Of a stretch of 64,000 nt of DNA, positions 1 to 11,079 are shown piece by piece. Under the pieces are notes generated by a model. It did no database searches. It had not been told where the DNA came from and saw nothing but the letters and a program-made list of their open reading frames with translations. The stretch spans positions 681,189,786 to 681,253,785 of the forward strand of contig NC_058132.1 in assembly GCF_016433145.1 (NCBI RefSeq), given 5' to 3'. The DNA is from Gracilinanus agilis. Taxonomy: Eukaryota. Within the stretch, counting starts at the first letter, position 1, and each line of letters begins with the position of its first letter. A program made the translations under genes and the position numbers.

Positions 1-21
1 AAGTGCCACCTCCACCAGGAG

Positions 22-262
22 AAAGCTAGTGGCACCATAGTGCACAGTGTACCTGGCCTGGAATTAGGAAGGTTTGAGTTCAGATCTGCCCTCAGACCCA
101 GCTGTGTGATCCTGGAAAAGTCACCTAACCTTTGCCTCAATTTCCTGATCTGTAAAATGGGGATCAAATAGAACTTATCTTTCTTGGTTTCCATGAGATG
201 GTATTTGTAAAAATGCCTAGCCCAGTGCCTGGCACATAGTAGGCACAATAGAAATATGTTTT
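22..262 (+). mobile_element. MIR-type CORE-SINE
   Basis: B-box-like GAGTTCAGATC, CORE ctcaatttcctgatctgtaaaatgggg, L2-type tail cctggcacatagtagg. Confidence 0.8.
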
Positions 263-284
263 CTCTATCTCCTCTTCAGAAGAT

Positions 285-376
285 CTTTCCTCCCCACTTC
301 TACTTCACCCCCTAGCCACTAGCCCTATACCAGCTAAAGTTACTTTCTGCAACTGTATTTATTTGAATCTCCTGAA

Positions 377-426
<50 letters not shown>

Positions 427-560
427 GTATGAATGTGTGTGAGTGTATATAGTCTCCCCTATTGAAGGGTTAGCTCTTTAACATGAAAGGCACTAGTTTT
501 GTTCTGTCTCTATATTTCCACAATGTCTGGCACATTACAAGAACAAAATAAATCCTTGCT
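285..560 (+). mobile_element. L2 LINE 3' end containing an (AC)n microsatellite
   Basis: Degenerate L2 tail (gtctcccctattg...tctggcacatt...aataaatccttgctgatt). Confidence 0.6.
379..420. repeat. (AC)21 microsatellite
   Basis: Perfect dinucleotide run. Confidence 0.98.
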
Positions 561-839
561 GATTCAATTCCATAAATAAATATATAAAAATAAATATAGT
601 GAACTAAATACTACTACTACAAATAATAGCTAACATTTATATAGTGCTTACAATGTGCCAGGCACTATGTTGTGTGTGTGCATATAATTTATAAAGAGAA
701 TAAAATAAATAGAAAATATTTAACTATAAGGGAGTTTGGGAGGGAGGGCATCGGCCTCAAGTTTCTATGAAGTCCATAAATTTGACAAATGTTCATGTGG
801 GTCTTTCCATATTTTTAATTAACATAATACTTTTAAAGA

Positions 840-1260
840 CTTTAAGCAGAAGATGTGCCTGGGCTACATCTTGAAGGAAGAGAGTAGTTCTTTGAGAAAG
901 AGCTAAGGAGGGAGGGATTTCCAGGCATGGGAGATAGAATTTCATGCGTTGAGAAAAGGGCGAAGGTTAGTTTGCCTGGATTGCAGAGTATAGAAGGGGA
1001 AGTGAAGCTGGAAAAAAAGATAGTTTGGGACCAGAATGTAAAGGGCTTTGAAGTCTAAACAGGGTAGTTCATATTTGATCCTAGAGGAGATACGGAGCCA
1101 GTGATTTTTATTGAGCAGAGGAACGACACGTTTAGTTCTCTGCTTTTGGTAGAGTGTGTGGATGGGCTGGAGGGGGAAGAGACTCGAGACCAAGAGACTA
1201 CTTGAGAAGCATTTGCTATTTTCTTTATAACTGAGCCGGTGTTGCATATAATTCCACTGG
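840..1260 (-). mobile_element. L2 LINE fragment
   Basis: Purine-rich reverse L2 motifs (aagggctttgaagtctaaacag; atttgatcctagagg). Confidence 0.6.
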
Positions 1261-1544
1261 CCAGATTCAGACAGCATCTTCTATTGTCCGTGGAATCTAG
1301 AGACACTTTTTGTTCACTCTTGTCTTTCTTTATAAAGTCTCCTACACACACTCCCTCTCCTATAGTTATACTAATGAAATCACAACTCTGGTCAAAAAAA
1401 AATTGTACCTTGTAACCTTGTATTGTGCTGAATATACAAAGCCAAAAGCCCAGCAGGCCCTTCTATCAAGGAGCCTCCATTCTTTTGGGGAGATAAGGGA
1501 TATAACATGAGCACATGAAAATCAAATGTAAGAATTTAGAATAA

Positions 1545-1770
1545 AGACTAGATCTATTATTTCATAAATATATGGAACTCCCAGATGAGGAAGCTGCTTT
1601 TACCAGTATAGATTAGCACCTTCTCTACACTTGGTAGTCTTAGACAGTTACTTAGATAATTGAGAGATTAAATTAAATGCCATAATCACATAGTCAATCT
1701 AGGTCAGAGGAGGAACTTGAACTCAAGTCTTCTTAGTTTTGACATTGAATTCATACATTATTCAATGCTA
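1545..1770 (-). mobile_element. Marsupial CORE-SINE with a non-L2, non-RTE tail (WALLSI/MdoRep-like; family uncertain)
   Basis: ggaactcccagatgaggaa...caccttctct...gagagatta...ggaacttgaactcaagtcttc; a related copy lies at ~5730-5910. Confidence 0.6.
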
Positions 1771-1774
1771 AAGG

Positions 1775-3095
1775 AGAATATTAGTGAGAGGGAGAGTCCA
1801 TAAATACTGTTTTCAGGGGGGTAGACTTTGATCCTCCAGCCTCGAAGGGCTCTGGAGATTCAAGTGGCAGAAGTGAGGATCTGGGCATTCTAAACATTGG
1901 AGACAGCCTGTACCAATGTCATGTGTAGGCAGCTACGAGTGGACCACTTTGTATCATAGAGAATGTGAGGGTGAATAATATGTAATCAACCTAAAAGGAC
2001 AGACTAGATCCAGATTATGAAGGGCTTTAAATGCCAAACAGAGAAATTTGTGTTTTATCACAAAGAAAGTACTAAGCCTTTTAAGTTTGGGGATGAAGAA
2101 GTGGATGATCAGATTTATAACTTAGGAATATCAACTTGTCAGCTTTGTGGAGAAAGGAAGAGTGGAAGCAATGAGGCTGAGAACAGGCACATCATCCAGA
2201 GTCTATTGCAATAGACTAAGGGAGAGATAACAAAGCATGGACTAGGGCAGTGGTTATGTGGATGGAGAGAAGGGAATGGATGCAGAAGATGTTGAGGAAG
2301 TAGAATCAGTGAGACTTGGCACCAATTCAAGATCTATGGTGAGAGTTCAGAATCCAGGAGAATTCCTAGACTGTCAACTGTGGTGACTAGAAGAATGGTG
2401 ATACCTTGGACAGAAACAGGGAAGTGGAGAGGAGGAGATAATATTGAGAGAATGTATTTAGGGCAGATTTAAATGTGTTGAGTTTGAAATGTTTATAATA
2501 TAGCTAGGTAGAAAAATCTAATAGGCAGATGGAATTGTTGGGGACTGGAATTCAAGAGAAAAACGAGGCTTAGATGGAGATGGAGATGGAGATATAGGTG
2601 TAGGTGCACCTGTAGATGCAGATAGATAATAAGATATTTCTTGGACTCAAGTGTCATCTCTACGCAGGTGACTTAGATAGCTATAGATATACATATAGAT
2701 ATATAGATACAGATATATCAGGGATTCAAATGTCATCACTATGCAAAAGATTCCTAGACAAATATGGATGCATGTATATGATGTATAAAATACATAGAGA
2801 TGTCAATATATTATATATAAAATTGGTTTATAGGTATAGATACATATGTATATATTTATCTACATATAGGTATAGTACATATGTATATGTTTATCTACAA
2901 ACCAGCCTTATTTGTGTGTGCATCTATATAATATAGCACACATATGTACACATGTATTTCTAGCTCTTTTTCTGAAAGTCATCTGCATAGAGATGACATT
3001 TGAGCCTATGAGAGCTGATTTGCATACCAAGAGAGACAGGTAGAGAAAGAAGAGGGACTAGAACAGAGCTCTGGCCTATCTTTATGCATAGGGAG
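1775..3095 (-). mobile_element. L2 LINE, interrupted at ~2580-2975 by an AT-rich rearranged segment
   Basis: Reverse L2 motifs on both sides; gtcatctgcatagagatgacatttgag is the reverse of the RT 'KCHLYADD' segment. Confidence 0.75.
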
Positions 3096-3184
3096 ATAAA
3101 CATAAATAATGCTTTTATAAGAGGCATTGAGAAGAACTAGTTGACCCAGACTTGGGCCACTGGGGCCAAGCAGAATAGGTCTTA

Positions 3185-3365
3185 TCTTTTCCATATAATG
3201 GTCATTCATATACTTAAAAGATCTATCATTCCTCCCCTTTCCTCTGATCTTCTCCTTTCCAGGCTAAAAATTCCCAAGTCTGTCAAATGATCCACATATG
3301 GCATGATCTTGAGACTCTTCATCATCCTAGCTGTACCTCTCTGGACCCTCTCCAGCTTATCAATT
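3185..3365 (-). mobile_element. L3/CR1 LINE fragment
   Basis: tctcctttccaggctaaa...catatggcatg...ctctggaccctctccagctt. Confidence 0.7.
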
Positions 3366-5449
3366 ACCTGGATCTCTTTATCTAAACTTTATTTTTCTGC
3401 CCTTAACCTTTTCCTTCCTCTGAAACCATCCTGGCCCAGTCAACCCTATTGGAAATAAAGAAATATAAAGAAGTTGAAAGAAATGAGATTTCAAGATAGT
3501 TTGTAAGAAAACAAAATTCTTTTTCACCTATGATTCCAGAAACCCACCTTTTCTTTCTAGACATTGGATTTTGTTTTCAAAAAGCCAGTTTATTTTTTTT
3601 TCTTTAAGAATAAAAAGATAAGAAAAGGAAACTAACCTAAAATGCTATGCAGGGGCATCCAAAGGAGTCAGTTTTCTGGGTGTAGCCTTTCCAATTAAAC
3701 TAACGATTTAGCAAGATCACTAGCAACATTGGGGTCCTATGGAAGAGAAGAGAGCAGTACATTGATGATCTACAATCAGATGGCCACTCAGGAAAGCAAT
3801 CTCTCTGCTTTTAACCTCAGAGCAGCCTGTTTCAAATAGAATCTAGGAAGGAGGGGTCCATTTTGTTCTTTTCCTGTGTTTATTTTTATTTTTTTGTCCT
3901 GGTTTGGCTCCTATAGGAGAGGCTGATGGTGGGTTACTGGAGAGCTCCCATGTTAAACAACAGTCTAACCACTGCTGCCCTTTCTGTTCAATTATTCTCC
4001 CCACACACACACCACCCCCTGCTTTCTGGTTGTCCCCACTTTGTGTGTTTTTCATGGGGATAAGTGTGAGAAGTAATGGAGTGAAGCCACACTGAGGTCT
4101 TAAAAGGAACACTGATGATAGAAAAATATGTCAATTTATTATTTCCCTTGAGATGTGAAAAAAAAGGGACAAAGGTTCAGTAGATGATGAGGATAATACG
4201 TCTTTCTTCTATGGCATTTTTCAACAAAGGATTTTTAAGGTATTTTACTAAAAATGTATTTTATTCCCATTTTTGAGGTGGGAAACTAGAAGGGCTCTTA
4301 GTAGCTTGTTCAAGGGACCCTGATTGATGAAAGCCCAAACAGACAATATCCTGCCCACCCTTTTCTGGGCTCTTCCTTTCCTCTAGTGGAATGTACTTCT
4401 CAAGTGTGTGCTGCCCTCAGAATCATGTCAGCCAGGAGCAAGTAACATGCTGTTAGGAATGACTCTCTGGAGCAAAGACCCTACAATCCTCTCTGGGCAG
4501 AGCTGTCCATGGTTGTAATCTGAGCTGTCTGTCCAGGGAACCCAAGTGCAGTGTCTTTGGGAAGGGCTTCATGTTCCTTTGCAGAAAAGTTTCTGTAGTG
4601 TGTCCAGATGGCCACAGGGCTCCCCCTGTGTGCATTACGCATTCTGGGAGACACAACAAGGAGGTGGTCACTTGTTATTTGTCATGCGGGGTCATTCATA
4701 ATGAATCAACAAAGCATTTACAATAGTTTTCTTGTAAATTGAACAAACCTTTTAAATGGTGTGTGGTCTCTTCCCTGTCCCCACCCCCTACCCTCGCACC
4801 CCACCCCGCCTCCACTCCCCCACCTCCCCCATGAATCAGCTCCTTTGTCCCGAAATGTGTGGTTAGCATTCTCCTTTGCTGGGAGAGCTACAGTGTCTAG
4901 GAAGGAGCTCTGGGTGAATATGCAAGTCGAGTTGACATTTTGCATTTTAGTCAAAAATTTACCCAAAGCCTGGAAAAAGCTAATTCATACATTGAAAAGT
5001 CAAGAGAAGCATATAGGTGGAAAGCTTTGAAAATTTTTTAGCCCTATGAATCATCAGTTTTATAGAGAAATAAGGCTCTTCCCTTTTTTTTTAGACATGT
5101 AAGGATGAAAAGAAAATTTAGACTTTTAAAATTCTTGTGTGACAGCTTGAAATGTATTGAACAACAGCTTGCTTTTCTTTTTAAGAGAAAACATAACTAA
5201 AGAAATCTAAAGTACTTACAAAGAAACTAAAGGTCTTTAAACTTTTCTCCTTTCAGTTCTAGTGTTTTGTAATCTGGGGTACTGGGTGACAGATTGAAAC
5301 AGCCTTTTATTTAAAGCAGAAGGATAGACATCAGTTTCTTAGCACCTTCTTTAACTTCTGAAAGAAAAAAAATTATATTTTTACAACATAGCTGAACATG
5401 AGTCATAGTCCATCTCTTTTCTGAAACAAAAACAGAGAAATAAAAGTAA

Positions 5450-5575
5450 AGAGTATGAAAACACTGACTGGAGTTAGAGGGCCTGGGTTCCAATTATTTC
5501 TCTGGCACAGTTTCTTCATCTGTAAAGTTAGGGAATTGGATTAGATGGATTCTGAGGTCCCTTCCAGCTCTAGAT
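5450..5575 (+). mobile_element. MIR3-type SINE
   Basis: CORE plus L3-type tail gaggtcccttccagctct. Confidence 0.75.
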
Positions 5576-5729
5576 GGATAAGTCCAGGATGCTATGACTA
5601 AGGGGTAAAGGCAACAGAATTGTAAATGCTGGATCCTATGCCTTTCTTTTAAAGAGTCCCAGGTCTTGGAGAACATTGTTTTTGCCCAATAAAATATGTG
5701 GTGGAGCATAAGAGATAGGTGGTGTGGAA

Positions 5730-5910
5730 GCTTCTCACCATGGATGTAGCTGTCACATTTTTTTTTGGTAGCTTAAAGTTTTAGAGAGTTGCCTGGGACC
5801 CAGAAATGGAATGAAATGACTTGTCCAGGGTCACATGCATTCTGCATCTGATAGAGGCAGGACTTGAATCCGTGTAGGTAGGCCTTATGAATCCAAAGCC
5901 AGCCTCTACG
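5730..5910 (-). mobile_element. Marsupial CORE-SINE (same family as 1545-1770)
   Basis: agagagttgcctggg...gacttgtccagggtcaca...ggacttgaatcc. Confidence 0.6.
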
Positions 5911-7479
5911 TATGAAGCTATGATGGTGGAATGTATATTTGGTCAAAATTAGATTCTTGCCACAGGAACAGAGCTGCATTATTCATACTTGACTTTGAAC
6001 GTAAAATGTACCCTTGAGAGTACTTGGGGCTCTTAAGGAATGAGATGGATTTCAGAGGCAGTTTTCCTTATGTTAGATACTCTGATTTAATTTATTACTA
6101 ATGAGAACAGTGCTAGTCATTTTTTGCTCTTGAAAAAAGATTGCTAAAATTATTGTTAACATGGCAATAATTTGGTACTTCATATCACACAAATACATGT
6201 GATATATATATACATGTTTGTGTATATGTGGGTACATATATACATATATTTATAGATTCTCCCCAGAATTGTTGTAGGGTCCTTGTAGTCACAGAATTCT
6301 CAAATATAGTATTTGAATAGAAAAGTAGATTATGTATTTCCCCTGTGGCTGACCAAATGTCTTTTCAACAAAGGGTAAAATCAGAAGGCTATTTTTTTGT
6401 GTAAAAGAGTGATCTTTTTAGTCATGCTTGGCTGCTTTTTCAGGACTGTCTCCATTTATAATGAGATATTCTTGGACTCATTTGAACCAGAAAGTTTAGG
6501 AATATTGCAGTAAAATATCTCAAACGATTTAAAGTGATTGGAGTCCAATCACTCCAAGTAAAAGCTCGTTAATGAATGATCAAGGGTGACATTGATTTCT
6601 ACATGGTAGCATTTTGAAAAGTGACGTCTCCATTGGAAGGTCTCTGTGTTGTGGTAAGGAAATATTTATTTGATTCCTCCAGACTTGTTGTCATTTATTC
6701 TAATTCGGTCTTATCATTTGCTAGGGGGAGGCTCTCATTGTTCCTATCTCACTTAATGTTCAGTTTTAGAGTTCCTGGAGAAAGTTAGGGCTGTCATAAA
6801 GAGAATGATAACACAAATTTTTTTATATTTCTATTTCTCAGAGTAGTTGACACTGAATGGGAAAGACAGTGTAGCCACAGTAAGAAAGAACAGTTTGTTT
6901 TCTGCGTATTTTTATATCTGTGCTTCTGAAGAGAAGAGGCTTTTACATAAATTTATAAATGCTACATGAATAGAGTTTAACCAAAATTGGAGACAGAAGA
7001 TACATATGCATTTGTGTATATGTTTATATCCTTCTGCATATGTACCTATACATACCCATCTCTAAATTTATGGGTCTCTGATCCTGTACACATATTAAAA
7101 CTTTTAAAAATGCTAACAAATCATAAGTGACTTTGGATACCATTACCATGTGGGAATATTTTTTTGCTTTGATCTTTTTGCTATTCTGCTTTGATTGCTT
7201 CTATACGAATTCTTTCTCCCTAATAAAGTTGAAGATTGAAAAAAATAAAATTGATAACCAGAAGAGAACTCAGGTAATATTTATTGACGTCCTCTCAAAA
7301 AAGAGCCTTTGAAATCCCGCGTCTTCTGTTCTTTTCTCAAATAGAAGCATCTCCCCCTTGTTTTTGCATTTTTCATCCTTTTTATCCCTTCATTTTCTTC
7401 ATCCACTCCAACAAACAGCTTTTTGTTCCATTGCCTTTTCCTGATTTTTACAGCAAATGATGTGTCACATATCTCTTGG

Positions 7480-8580
7480 AATTGGCCATTCGTTCCCCTA
7501 AAAGATTTATTTTTGCCTGTGGTGTTGCCCTGAAAGAGTCACCCACCTCAAGCACAGTTACTTCATTTCCCAATAAAGACAATGGTGTTTTCATGTCTGC
7601 ACTTATTATTATTCTGAGAATGTACTAATTTGTTACATCCAAGATGACGGTTAGTTGGGGCTGTGAAAGGGGCAGTGTGCCAGCTATGGTAGGGAAGTCA
7701 AAGGACTTCTTTCATGGGAGGTAGTGCGACAGAAAGTACCCTGTAGAGTATGTGGGTCCAGGGAGGCAGCTTGCCAGAAGAGTCATCCTGCCATCAGCCT
7801 TGGCTGGTTGGGTTCTGAATCAAACTGAAATGATGATTTCACTAAATGTCAGCATGGGCGGCCAAATTTTCAAACTGCCGGTGCCCCCAAGGAGCCACCA
7901 AGAGACGTTCTCTCTCCACAGGACCGAACGGATGCTGCACCAGGATTCCAAATGTGGCAGTGCATTATCATTTCTGGCATTAAGCTCTGATAATTGTCTA
8001 CTTACAGTGAGCCTGTAATAGCGAAAAAGCAAGGGAGGGAGGGGTGTTTCACAAAGTGAAACTATGAAATCGGTTTAGCTGTATGACTGGGGGCCGTTTT
8101 GTTGTTCAGTCCGGCAACATTTGAATGATAATGAAGTATGATTCTATACCTTAATTCGGCTCAAAACCAGGGTGGTCTCATGATTTTGTTCTACATGCAT
8201 GACATTGCTTGAGGTCATTACTTGTAAATCTTAGTATAAAAAGGCTGAAAATATATTCAGCACTTTGTAGTTTCCGAATGCATGTTTCATGAAAAGTTGA
8301 GACCTACATGGCACATTTGCTGGTGCTGAATGGTCAATTTAGGTCTGTAGATTAGCAAACAGTAAGTAGGCAGAGGCTGTCAAAGGGCTTTGATGAAATA
8401 ACCCTGTTGATGCCGTTGGATACTGGTTGATCGCTCCTCCAGGGTTAGACATTCATATTTTTCTTTGCAAACAATATGCCCTCGACTGGGTGTTTTCGAT
8501 TTTTCGTATAGCCTAGCCAACGTGACTGGTGACTTTCTCTTACATTTTTTTCTTTGTCTTCATACTGCGAATCCCCTAAA
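7480..8580. promoter_or_regulatory. Probable conserved non-coding element (TE-free, CpG-retaining)
   Basis: 20 CpGs counted in 7640-8570 in an otherwise CpG-depleted window; no recognisable repeat; splice-like signals on both strands. Confidence 0.55.
8006..8012 (-). other. Candidate 7-nt microexon GCTCACT (or start of a longer terminal exon)
   Basis: Minus strand reads cccctccctcccttgctttttcgctattacag|GCTCACT|gtaagt; no AG for ~47 nt upstream of the acceptor. Confidence 0.35.
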
Positions 8581-9150
8581 TGAAAAATGAAGTTTTAATC
8601 CAAACCCTTTCATGATATTAATGCACTTTTCATTGGGAGCTCTTGCTTTTTCTGAAGGACTTGTCAAGTTTTTTTTTCCTCTTTAAATTCAGTGACACTC
8701 AAAAACAGATGCATTTACCAATGCCCAAGAGCCTGTATTTAAACACCAGTAAATGTACAATAAGATCCTGTCCTCCCTAGCCAATGATCATCTCTCGCTT
8801 CAGATGGAACTTGGGCAACTTAGGGCAGTAACTCTGGACAAGTGCATTTAATTTCTCTGCTCATTCATATTTCTGCCAAATGAAAACCCACTGCCTTTTG
8901 TAAATTAATCCAGATTATGATTTTTTTCATTGACAATTAATACAGAACTAAAGGCTCCATGTTGTCATCCATTGCACTCCAAACTTGAATTGGTTGATCT
9001 ACAAAACACTGAAAGAAAGATCTTGTCTCTCTGTCTTAGAGGAGGAAAAAAATGAAGTTAATATAAAAAACAATAACTTTATATCCAAATTTTAAATGGA
9101 GTAAGTTGTCGTGTTCTACTCATCTCTCATCTCTTAAATGCTAGACAGTT

Positions 9151-9298
9151 NNNNNNNNNNNNNNNNNNNNNNNNNNNNNNNNNNNNNNNNNNNNNNNNNN
9201 NNNNNNNNNNNNNNNNNNNNNNNNNNNNNNNNNNNNNNNNNNNNNNNNNNNNNNNNNNNNNNNNNNNNNNNNNNNNNNNNNNNNNNNNNNNNNNNNNN
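9151..9298. other. Assembly gap (148 N)
   Basis: Run of N. Confidence 1.
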
Positions 9299-9964
9299 TT
9301 TTGTTGCCAAAGCTTAGATAAGGATCAGGCCCCCCTCTGAATCACCACAATGACCTGTGACCCCGAGAGTGCTGGAGAGCCCTGGCAAAAGAAGAGTGGG
9401 CCATTCATTATTATGCGTGGGACTTCCCAGCTCTAAAGGGGCTCTATGCTTTCTCTCTGATGGACTTTGTTTGTTGGAAATGAGAACTGTATTTTGGCAG
9501 CAGAGAGCCAGAACTGGAGCTACTCTGCAGGCTGGCTCATTATGACATAATCCTTCATTAATCTTTATTCTCTATTAATAGATCATGACAGAATTTTTCT
9601 TTAGTTGGGCCATCTTCCTCACCAAGCCCTGGGAAGGCATGGCTACTTAAATGTCTACCTCTGACTTCTAGGCTTCTGGTTTCTATTCATGCTCCTCAGT
9701 GACTGAGTCCATGCATTTGCATTGATGAAAATAGTCCCATCAGACCTCTGCTCAGGACATCATTGTAGGAGTCCCCAGAGATCCAGTGTAATGGTAGCTA
9801 TGTCTATTTTGAGGAAGAAACTCACCTGGGGAGCAAATGCACCTTTCGGAAGCAAATCCCCAGATCCATAGGGAGAGATTTCCATTTGAAATGTGAATGA
9901 GAGTGAGTTGACAGAAGATAGAGCTGGTGCTTGAGGTTTAAGCCTTTTGAAAAAAAATCAACAT

Positions 9965-10112
9965 GATTCAGGGGAAATAGCACCATATATGGAATCAGAG
10001 GGACAGGATTCAAATCTCATCTCTGTTACTTCATGTCTTTGTGAGCTTGGAGAAATCACTTTGATTTCTCAGCCTCAGTTTGTTCATCTGTAAAATGAGA
10101 AGGCTATTCTAG
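9965..10112 (+). mobile_element. MIR3-type SINE, interrupted by a hAT MITE
   Basis: ggattcaaatctc...ctcagtttgttcatctgtaaaatgag. Confidence 0.65.
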
Positions 10113-10114
10113 AA

Positions 10115-10428
10115 CAGTATCTTGGACCACTTTGGCAGTCTGATGAAGCTTAGAAACCCTTTCTCAGACTAATATTTTTAAATGAATAAAATAAAATACA
10201 TAATGTCACAAAGGAAGCCAAATGTATTGAATGTAGTTATCAAAAAATATTTTTAAAAGTTCATGGACATATGATCTCAGATACATCTTAGCTATGTGAC
10301 CCTAGGCAAGTCACTGAACCCAGTTGCCTAGTCCTTACCACTCTTCAGCCTTAGAATTGATACTTAATATCATTTCTAATATAGGAGATAAGAGTTTTTT
10401 AAAAAGTTCATGGATCCCAAGAATTCTT
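10115..10428. mobile_element. hAT-Charlie MITE (Charlie4z-like), itself interrupted by a SINE
   Basis: ctttggcagtctgatgaagc...ataaaataaaatacata...gttatcaaaa...gttcatgga; left flank ttctagaa fits the Charlie NTCTAGAN target preference. Confidence 0.6.
10268..10401 (+). mobile_element. 5'-truncated opossum SINE1 with 13-bp TSD
   Basis: TSD aaaagttcatgga at 10255-10267 and 10402-10414; SINE1 body gaccctaggcaagtcac...ccttaccactcttc. Confidence 0.85.
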
Positions 10429-10842
10429 TAGTGATAGAAATTGCTCTGAATTCTATAAATTATAATAAATAGGGGATAGTGAGAAGTCAATAGGGATTGG
10501 AATGAGAAACTACAATGTTTCAGGGGAAAACTGGACCTAGAGATATTTTCATTGCCTCAGACAAATGTTTTTTTGTGATAGGCTACATTTTCCAATCTGA
10601 CCAGTGACTTGAATTGTGACATTCTACATTTGATTTTATTCCATGATAACCCTTCACTAAAGGAGTTATCTGACTTATCTGTTCTTATTTTCAAATAGCT
10701 TAAAGTAAATAAAAATTGGTTTTATCTTGAGATTTTCTACTTGTTTTGAGATACTTGGTTACTTCTTGACAAAAAAAAGCAATGGGGATCATAACCGGTC
10801 TAGTGAGTTTTACATTTAATTTGTCATTCAGTGCTACAAGAA

Positions 10843-11072
10843 TGGGGCATCTGTGTGGCACAGAGGTAGGCCTGGAATCAGGAAGACCTGAGTTCAAATC
10901 CTGTCTCAGACACTTACCTGGGCCAGGCACTTAACACTATTTCCCTCAATTTCCTCATCTGTAAAATGAACTGGAGGAGGAAATAGCAAAGCTCTCCATT
11001 ACCCTTGCCAAGAAAACCCCAAATGGGCTCATGAAGAGTTGAACAAAACTGAAAAATGACTAAACAACAGCC
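10843..11072 (+). mobile_element. MAR1-type SINE (CORE plus RTE tail)
   Basis: ggaggaggaaatagcaaa...ttgccaagaaaaccccaaatggg...actgaaaaatgactaaacaac. Confidence 0.85.
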
Positions 11073-11079
11073 ATTCTTC

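Noticed and set aside
7955-7976. TGGCAGTGCATT resembling the 5' end of miR-34/449
   Set aside because: The 3' half differs from the family and the surrounding fold is only a short broken stem, not a pre-miRNA.
9822-9960. Minus-strand CAG|GTGAGT donor at ~9827
   Set aside because: No convincing acceptor or recognisable peptide upstream, and it abuts a MIR3.
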